A program made the translations under genes and the position numbers. Of a DNA stretch of 64,000 nt, positions 55,780 through 64,000 are shown one piece after another. Source of the DNA: Anolis carolinensis. Its lineage: Eukaryota. The stretch is taken from the NCBI RefSeq assembly GCF_035594765.1, contig NC_085846.1, positions 93,483,190 to 93,547,189 on the forward strand, written 5' to 3'. Every line of letters begins with the position of its first letter. Positions within the stretch are counted from its first letter, which is position 1. The notes beneath the pieces are model-generated. The model made no database searches. It had not been told where the DNA came from and was given only the letters and a program-made list of their open reading frames with translations.

Positions 55780-56300
55780 GAGTGGCGTTCAGAAACCTTT
55801 GACTTAAACCAATATGCTTCGGGATTTAAGATCTACTGGGGAGGCCTTCCTCTCGACCCCACCTCTGTCTCAAGTGCGGCTGGTGAGGACGAGAGAGAGG
55901 GTCTTCTCAATGGTGGCCCCATGGCTTTGGAATGCCCTCCTGAGGGAAATCAGGCTAGCCCCTACCCCCAAGCCTTCTGCACACAAATGAAGACATGCTT
56001 TTCTGACAAGTCTTTGACCATATTTAGATTCTTTACTAATATAGATGAAGACCTTCAGATTCTTTAACAAGCACTTTACAAGACTGAAATCGATTACTGT
56101 TGCTCTCACCTGCAGCAATTGCTGTTTTTAATCAGGGGGCACTGTGAAGTTGTGATGTTTTATGTTGGCTACTTATTGTTTTATGTTATTGTTTTTAGAC
56201 TTTCTGTATTTTGCATATTGCACCTTGAGTGCTTTGTGAGCTGCCCTGAGTCCCTCTGGGAGATGGTGGTGTGGTATAAATAAAGTTTATTATTATTATT
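55780..56300 (+). mobile_element. L2 3' fragment
   Basis: GGTGAGGACGAGAGAGAGGGTCTTCTC... and 3' end GTGAGCTGCCCTGAGTCCC...AATAAAG + TTA tail. Confidence 0.65.
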
Positions 56301-56379
56301 ACTGCTGCTAAACTTTTCAGGGCTCCACAATTGAGTAAAAGGGATCTCATTAGATGTCAGGATCCACAGTTTAAGTAGT

Positions 56380-56476
56380 GGCCTATAGCACATGGTATTC
56401 ACTGGCAATCTCCCATCCAAGTGCTAACCAGGGCTGACCTTACTTAGCTTCCAAGATCAGACTGGGATCTGGTCCT
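56380..56476 (-). mobile_element. 5S rRNA-derived SINE head
   Basis: Reverse complement reads GATCCCAGTCTGATCTTGGAAGCTAAGTAAGGTCAGCCCTGGTTAGCACTTGGATGGGAGA, close to 5S rRNA boxes A/C. Confidence 0.7.
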
Positions 56477-57286
56477 TTAGTGGAGACATATATTCACAAT
56501 TTCACAACCATTTCAATGCATTTTGACAGCAATTAAAATGTCAAAAGCAATAGCCACCATGAGGGCTTTCTGCAGAAAAGCAAACACGATTATAGTACTC
56601 CAACACCCATCAATCCTCACCAATACAGGCATCTGGAAGATTATCCGATTCCCACCCGATTTAACACACGCTTTTGCCACTGAGAACAATGTCTTCCTAT
56701 GGGCCACGGCCATTTGGTTTAATACAGTATGAGCTGAGTACCTGCAGACTTCAGCTGGATCTACACTGCCATATAATGCAACTTGGAACTGCATCGAAAT
56801 GCATTATATGGGCCTACCAAGCATGGGCAAACTTCAGCCCTCTAGGTGTTTTGGATTTCAACTACTGGCTGTTAGAATGGTGGGAGTTGCAGTCCTAAAC
56901 ACTTGGAGGGCCCAAGTTTGCCCATGGACAAAAAATGTCATCTGTGTGAAGAACATCTTTATAAAAAGATTAGTTTGCCCATGCCTACACTGACCATATA
57001 ATGTAATTCCAAAGTGCCCTAAGAGAACATATTTTGCCTCGGATATGAGACACTCAGGGCTCTTCTTATCGGGCCTTGAAAAACAAGAAACTAGATAGAA
57101 GATGCTAGACACTCAGCTTCTGCGCTTGTGTTCTTTGAGGTTCCATCCTAGTGGACAACTGCAGGCCATAGGCTAGAGGATTATGTTAATCGGCAAACTA
57201 ATCAAGATGTGACAGATTGTTTATTGCCATATATGCGAGACAGAGTTGCTTGGGTTTTGTGCTCTTCCACTATGAGGCAACTATGA

Positions 57287-58948
57287 GGAGCCCCATGGCA
57301 AAGTGTGTTAAAGCACTGAGCTGCTGAACTTGCAGACCGAAAGGTCCCAGGTTCAAATCCCGGGAGCGGAATGAGCGCCTGCTGTTAGCCCCAGCTCCTG
57401 CCAACCTAGCAGTTTGAAAATATGCAAATGTGAGTAGATCAATAGATACCGCTCCGGCAGGAAGGTAGCGGCGCTCCATGCAGTTATGCCGGCCACATGA
57501 CCTTGGAGGTGTCTGCGGACAACGCTGGCTGTGCTGTCCTACTTGGCTTTCCCTCCCTTGCTTATTTCCTGGTTGCTGTTCTTGGGAGGAATGTTCCATT
57601 GGCTCTCATTTTGGGGGTGGAGCTTGGGACTCCCCTTTAGGTTTGGATGAGATGGTTCAGCCTGTGAGCTTGCCTCTAAGGCTTTTTCCCCTCCTTTGGC
57701 CATTTCAGAGAAAAACCTCTTAGAGATAGGTCATAGAATTTGGTCTGGGTTCTTTGACCTGGCAAATTCAAACAGGCAACATAAATCACGTACTTACCTT
57801 ATAGTCATATCATAGCTTTAGGTATTTACCTCAAAGATACCAAAGCTTATAGTTCACCTCGTACTTACCATCTTAGCTTATGTAATTACCTCATAGCCTC
57901 ATACTTACCATTACAGATAGAGCTCATCATAGCCACGTACTTACCTTACAGTTTACCTCATAGCCTTGTACTTACCTTATAGTCACATCATAGCTTTAGG
58001 TATTTACCTCATAGCCTCATACTTACCATTACAGATAGAGCTCATCATAGCCACGTACTTATCTTACAGTTTACCTCATAGCCTTGTACTTACCTGTAGC
58101 TTAGATAGTATACCTCATAGTAAAGTACTTACCTTATAGCTTATCACCTTATAGTTTACCTCAGAGTTATTATAGATAGTTCACTATAGCTGGTATTTAC
58201 CACATAGTTATAGCTGATAGTTTACCTCAGAGTCATTATAGTCATTATAGATAGTGCTTATCACAGCCTAGTACCTACCTTTCCTCATAGCTTGTGTGTT
58301 TATCCTTTATAGTCTCTATAGCTTTCATTCTCAATCAATATAGTTTTATTTCTGTATAATTTCAGTGATTTTACCTCATATTATTTCTAATACATTAAAA
58401 GGACTGTTTCCTGTTTTCAATAAACAATATTTTTGGTTATCTTTAATCAGCTTCTAGAGTATTTACTTTGGGGTTTGAGGTATAAATATAAGGTAAACTG
58501 AAGCCGCTTGGGTAGCCAGACCTAGAGATAGCCATTTTCCCCCAGCGTGCCTTCACAGTGATTTATGTCCTGCTCGGCCCTGCCGATTGAATTTGCCTAT
58601 AGAGAGTTGAGAGATAGTGCCCACTCCCTATCAGGAGTGTGTTAAAAAAGTCACTACATCACAGTGACAAGAAAACCTGCGTGGCCCCGCCATGTTTTTG
58701 GTTTGCCTATAGAAATCAAAGATAGTGCCCGCTCCTTTGAGCGTGTGAGTGAGAGAAAAGCACTGTTTCCACAGTGATATAGGTATCCTGTTTGGCCCTG
58801 CCATTTTGAGATTGCTTATTGTAAGATATAGAGCTCTCTCCCTGCTGTGTCTCCCTTCACACTGGCTCTTCGGCTTGGAAATGGAGATGAGCACCAACCC
58901 CCAGAGTCAGACATGACTGGACTTAACGTCAGGGGAAAACCTTTACCT
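57287..58948 (+). mobile_element. Full-length Sauria SINE split by a solo LTR
   Basis: SINE head 57287-57529 and tail 58862-58948 rejoin exactly (GGACAACGCTGGC|TCTTCGGCTT) when compared with the copy at 24235. Confidence 0.9.
57530..58861. mobile_element. Solo LTR (1332 bp) with internal tandem arrays
   Basis: TG...CA termini; 5-bp TSD CTGGC (57525-57529, 58862-58866); AATAAA at 58419 (+); GC/CCAAT-like boxes near 57597-57623; TACTTACC array 57790-58280; ~108-bp repeats 58570-58830. Confidence 0.8.
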
Positions 58949-59509
58949 ATAAGAGATCTAAGCTGCAGGGTGGGTCAGCCAAGCAGATAAACTTGTTTTT
59001 CACCCTACCTGAAGTCTGGTCCCTCACTCTCCATTCGCCAGAGAGACCCGGGAGGTGCGTGGGGCCTCCACATGGAAAGTGTCCTAAGAGAACATATTCT
59101 GCCTCAGATATGGGAAACTCAGGCCCCTTCCACAGTCATATAACCCAGGATATCAAGGCAAAAAAAATCCCACAATATCTGTTTTGAACTGGGTTATCTG
59201 AGCCCCCTTCCACACAGCTGATTAAAATCCCACATTGTCTGCTTTGAATTGGAATAAATGGCAGGATGGACTCAAGTAACCCAATTCAAAGCAGATACTG
59301 TGCGATTTTCTGCCTTGACACTCTGGGTTATATAGTTGTGCGGAGGGGCCCAGAGTCCTCATTGTCACATATTCCAAATCAAAGCAGATATTGTGGGATT
59401 TTATTTTGCTGTGTGGAAGCGCCCTCAATCTATACTATGAAGGAAACAGGCGCGCTTTGAGTGTGTGAGAGAGATATAAGATATAAACCAACATCTCTCT
59501 CCCTCAGCT

Positions 59510-59723
59510 TCCCTCCTCGCCTCTCGTGGTCAAGCCCGGCCTCGCGCGCGGGCGTTGATTGGCCGCCGCGCCACGTTCGTCAGATGGGCAGAGATCGGCT
59601 CAGCGCCGCCGGCGGCGCTGCTGATTGGCCGAGGCGCACCACCTCCTCTCATTGGTAGAGGCGCATCGCCTTCTCTGTAGTCTTCTCAGTGGAGGCGCGC
59701 ATCTTTGGCTGGCTGCTGAGGCG
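59510..59723 (+). promoter_or_regulatory. CYP51A1 CpG-island promoter with multiple inverted CCAAT (NF-Y) boxes
   Basis: ATTGG at 59558, 59624 and 59651; CGTCA half-CRE ~59578; CpG-rich; typical of SREBP/NF-Y-regulated sterol genes. Confidence 0.8.
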
Positions 59724-59885
59724 ATGGCGGTGCTCACTTTGCTGGAGATGGGCGGCTCTCTCCTGGAGAAGGTGGCCTTCGGCGGACCCATCTCCTTCCT
59801 CCTGGCCGCTTCGGCCTTCGCCTTGAGTTTGGGTTACTTGCTGCAGCTGGGCTCCAAAAACAGGCGTCAGTCCAAAGGGAACCAG
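59724..59885 (+). CDS. CYP51A1: CYP51A1 exon 1 (lanosterol 14-alpha demethylase, N-terminal membrane anchor)
   Basis: MAVLTLLEMGGSLLEKVAFGGPISFLLAASAFALSLGYLLQLGSKNRRQSKGNQ resembles the human CYP51A1 exon-1 peptide; Kozak GCGATGG; donor CAG|GTATGG; synteny. Confidence 0.88.
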
Positions 59886-59903
59886 GTATGGATGCATCTA
59901 CAG

Positions 59904-60104
59904 CAGGCCTGGGCAAACTCGGGCCTTCCTCCAGGTGTTTTTGGACTCCGAGGCCCACAATTCCTCACAGCCTCAGGCCCCTTCCTTTTCCCCCTCAGCC
60001 GCTTAAGCGGCTGAGGGGGAAAAGGAAAGGGCCTGAGGCTGTGAGGAATTGTGGGCCTCGGAGTCCAAAACACCTGGAGGAGGGCCCGAGTTTGCCCAGG
60101 CCTG
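59904..60104. mobile_element. Palindromic hAT (URR1-like) MITE, complete
   Basis: CAGGCCTGGGCAAACT...AGTTTGCCCAGGCCTG; centre CCGCTT|AAGCGG; TSD ATCTACAG/GTCTACAG. Confidence 0.9.
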
Positions 60105-60522
60105 GTCTACAGTGCAGAATTGACACAGTTTGACAGCACTTGTAACTGCCATGTCCTCAATGCAATGGGAGTTGGAGTTTGTTGAGGTACCAACCCTCTT
60201 TTTTGGAATTGGGATTTTTGGAATATTTGCATATGTGTAATATGTATACTTTAGTCTCTCAGTTAACCCGAACTCTCAAGATTCGAATAAATAATATCGG
60301 AAATTATGTAAAATGAAACCAGTTTTGTTGGAATGTTTACATGAAGTTAATTTAGCCTAATTTGCTTCAAATTATTGCATTTCAATATTAATATCAAGGC
60401 AATACAGAGCCCTTGGTATAGTATTATTTAGATCTATTTTATTAGTAACTCTCAAGCAACCAGAAACTACATTTATCTGGCACTTACCAATCCCCCCAAG
60501 TGTCACTTAACTGTATCTACAG

Positions 60523-60974
60523 CAGGCATTGGCAAACTTGGGTCCGCTGGGTGTTTTGGACTTCAACTTCCACAATTTCTGACAGTGGGTAGGCATGGAC
60601 AATTTGATCCCTCTGGGTGTTTTGGACTTCAACTGTCACAATTTCTGACAGCAGGCAGAGTTGGGCCCTCCAGGTATTTTGGATTTCGACTTCCACCATT
60701 ACTAACAGCCGGCAGACATGGGCAAACTTGAGCCCTCTAGGTGTTTTGGACTTCAGCTCCCACAATTCCTAACAGCAGGTAGGCATGGGCAAACTTGAGC
60801 CCTCCGGATGTTTTGGACTTACATAATTTTTAACAGCCGGTAGGCATGAGCAAACTTGGGTCCTCTGCGTGTTTTGGACTTCAGTTCCCCCAATTTCTAA
60901 CAGCCTACTGGCTGTTAGGAATTGTAGGAATTGAAGTCCAAAACGCCCAGAGGGCTTAAGTTTGCTCATGCCTG
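60523..60974. repeat. Tandem array of six URR1-like MITE left arms plus one right arm
   Basis: Units start at 60523, 60590, 60652, 60713, 60780 and 60841; right arm ends ATGCCTG at 60974; TSD ATCTACAG/GTCTACAG. Confidence 0.85.
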
Positions 60975-61669
60975 GTCTACAGTAATAAGATCTCATTATT
61001 GGATTGTGGTGGAATCTCCTTCTCAGGAGGTTTTTAAACAGGGGCGGGATGAAGTGCTTTGGCTTCATTTTTCTGTTTGGCGGAATGGGGTTGGAGCATT
61101 ATAGTATGGTTTTGGAGATGGGACAAAATTCTAAACACAAATGTATTTGCATGTATGTAAATCATAAGATATTTTGGAAACGGGAACCAAATCTAAGCAT
61201 GACATTCATTTATATTTCATATCCATGTTGTGCACATAATCTGAAGGTAATTTAATACACAGTCATGTTCTGCATAGAACAAAGCTTTTGTACATTAAAA
61301 CATTAAAAGCCCAAAAATATCACCACCTTAGCTGCCTATGAGGACTATTTGGGGTTTTGGAGACTTCCGTATTTATGGATAAAGGATCCATGGAATTCCT
61401 TGAAAGCAGTTCGGACTGTGTTGCTCTATGCCGAGAAACAATGTAATGCTTCTTTTATTTTTCAAATTGCTGATGCACCAGTGGTCACCTTATGAGCTGT
61501 TCCTTTTGAGCAAGCAAAAGCAAGCCACCCCTATAGACAGTTTTGGATTTTGGAGCATGTCAGCTTTTCAGATAATAAATACTCAACCTAGATTTCAATG
61601 TAATTTGGGATGCATAAGCCTCAAAAGAGACAATGTAATAAAAACTAAGATAACTTCTTCTGCTTATGT

Positions 61670-61770
61670 TGCCGGACTCCAACAAAAGCCCCTTCCATCA
61701 CAATTGCTGGACTCCTAACAAAAGCCCCTTCCATCACAAGTGCCGAACTCCAGCAAAAACCCTTTCCAAT
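61670..61770. repeat. Three-copy ~35-bp minisatellite
   Basis: TGCCGGACTCCAACAAAAGCCCCTTCCATCACAA and two variants in tandem. Confidence 0.85.
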
Positions 61771-63854
61771 AGAATCAGCTGTGGTTTCGTGATATGATTT
61801 GGCAGATTTTGTTGTTACTGAAGAAGAAGCAAAACAGCAAGACTAAGACTGGATCTACACTGCTATATAATCCAGTCTCTGGATCGACATTATCTGCTAT
61901 GAGTCTACACTGCCATATAATCCAGTTCAAAGCAGACAATCTGGATTCAGAAACTGGATTATATGGCAGTGTAAATGGGGCTGTAGTCTTCATAAATTCA
62001 TTTTGGACAGATAGGAAGGGACTACTGTAGATAAAACTAGCATCCTTTCAAAAACACTTTGATTAAAGTGGCCATGAATTAGTGGGGTGTGTCCTTGGCC
62101 TTGCCTAACGCAGGAGAAGGCATGGACATGTTTAGCTTACCGTCACATCCTGTTTTAAAGGTAATTTATTGTCTTGGTATCACAACGATCTGAGTAATTT
62201 AGGAGAGTGCAGAGGTGTTTGGTGTTATCTGATGAGGGTTTCTCAGGTTTAATTTGTCCCTGTGTACCACACAGGTATAGTTGGCCATGGAAAAGCCGCT
62301 GGGTGGCCTTTGGCAAGTCACACTCTTAGCTTAGAGGATGGCAGAGACAAATTTCCTCTGAACACATAGTGCCAAGAAAAAACTTTCCAAGTCAACATAA
62401 ATGGGAAGGCACACAACAACAACAACAAATCTACTTATGACCCTGAATTGTATAGAGAAAAATAGCCCTAAATATTAGACTTGTGCACAGATTCATTTTA
62501 GCCATTTGCCTTTGCCTTCTTTGGACGCGCATAATATCAAGGGCTCTGTTGCCTTTTTTTTTTTTTTTACTGAGCCAGACCACGTGGCTGCCAGTTGCGG
62601 CTACCTTCTCCTCTATTCGGGATCATGTGGCGTGCGGAAAGGTGCCGTGTACTCGCATAGGGTTTTCCTGTGAGCCCTGCCTGTTGGGTCAATCAGAATA
62701 AAAGAAAGCTGTGATGTGCCTTACACAAGCTGTGTGTATTTAATGGGATGAGCACCTCAATTGCTCAGAAAGTGATGCTTCAGTCTGATTGCTTTAGCCT
62801 TTGCCTTGGCTTGTCTTCTCTTTAGCATTTAATCTTTTTGATTTTCCTTTATTTTCTGGATTCTTTATTTAGTGGAACTGGGAGTTGAAAAGTGCAGGTT
62901 GTGTGGTATTTGTAGGTGTGCTTTTTTTTAAGGGTGGCTCTGAGGGCCCTTCCACACAATCTTATAACCCAGAATATCAGGGTGGGGCCACTGGGGGATA
63001 CCTTTTTGGGAATTTTTGAAAGGAAATTTATTTCTAGAAAGAAATAAAATTCCTAAAAATCAGGGAATGGCCCAAACGTTATGAAACTTGGTGGGCCATC
63101 AGTGGTAGATGTGGTAGGTTCAGTTGAAATTCACAAGCCTACTAAACATCACTCTTTGTAATGGCAAATTTGAGCAGTGACTTGTAATTAGGTCAGTGAC
63201 ACAACCAGGGTTGTCGAGAAATATGGAAGGAAAGGAAATAGCACATATGGTGGGCCATCAAGGTTTGTGTAATTAAAAAAAAACCTTAAGGAAGGAGTGT
63301 GGAACTGTTCTCCTTTGGATAGTGTTGGGCTACAGTTACCATCAATTACTTTCCATTGGCTATGAGTGCATCTACACTGTAGAACTAATGCAATTTGACA
63401 CCACTTTAATTGTCATGCTATGGAACCCTGGGGTTTGTAATTGTTGCAGCAAATTATTGGGGTTCTTTGTTCAGCAACAAACCAACCCCCTTCTTCAGCA
63501 GAATCACTCCCCCTCTGGTTAAGAAGTAGACAAGCACAACTTGAATCTTTGGTAGAAAACTTTATACAACAGTATTTATATATCTCTAGCAGATGTTCTT
63601 GACTCTTCTCTAGCTCTTCTTTCCAACACTCCCAGTCAGTTCATACCTTCTCAATAGTATTAGCTTCTCTCTGGTCATCTTCATTAATCCTTCAAACTTT
63701 TAATCTCCATCTTCAACAGCTCAATACTTTGACAACAACAACAACTACTACTACTATTTCTACTACTAACAGAAGCTTGTGCTTTGTAATGTTTGGTGTG
63801 GCACCAGCCCTCTTTGGCAGAGAAAGCTAAAGACCTTGTAAAACTACTAAATGT

Positions 63855-64000
63855 TGCAATTAATCACCTTGATTAGCATTGAAAAACCTTTTAGCTTCAA
63901 AGCCTGGCTGATTCTTGCCTGGGGGAATCCTTTATTGGGCAGGAACAAGGTGATTAATTGCAACATTCACACTTGCCTCCAACAGACGAGAGTTCTTTCT
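63855..64000 (+). mobile_element. Penelope-like element fragment running off the window
   Basis: Shares sequence with 22350-22390. Confidence 0.55.

Noticed and set aside
56380-56476. Functional 5S rRNA gene
   Set aside because: Truncated and diverged, single dispersed copy; a SINE-derived relic (likewise 16741-16812).
57790-58280. Repeat-spacer-like array resembling a CRISPR array
   Set aside because: Eukaryotic LTR context; repeats are only 8-11 bp, spacers are themselves duplicated, and there are no cas genes.
59625-59723. N-terminal extension of the CYP51A1 ORF from a TTG start
   Set aside because: It overlaps the CCAAT boxes of the promoter; ATG 59724 has a strong Kozak context and matches orthologues.

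Overview
Vertebrate genomic DNA, almost certainly an anole-type squamate lizard (Sauria SINEs, young CR1, L2, R4, hAT/Tc1-mariner/Harbinger MITEs, Helitron). The window has the gene order known from human 7q21.2: ANKIB1 (minus strand; first coding exon and 5' end only) head-to-head with KRIT1/CCM1 at a shared CpG island (~23.5-23.9 kb); complete KRIT1 (16 coding exons, 2211 nt, 736 aa); complete LRRD1 (5 coding exons, 871 aa); and the CpG-island promoter and exon 1 of CYP51A1. Introns and intergenic DNA are dense in nested transposable elements. The most interesting items are: (1) a compact structured RNA with a textbook kink-turn at the 5' end of an R4-clade LINE; (2) a solo LTR upstream of CYP51A1 carrying a tandem array of U1-snRNA/5'-splice-site consensus motifs; (3) palindromic hAT MITEs beside both CpG promoters whose copy-specific substitutions are mirrored in both arms; (4) an in-frame degenerate tandem copy of a KRIT1 FERM exon; (5) fold-back (templated) DNA-repair scars; (6) a MITE half-element array that resembles a nascent satellite. 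There are no prokaryotic systems or CRISPR arrays. Transposon family names come from recalled consensus features and need Dfam/Repbase confirmation.
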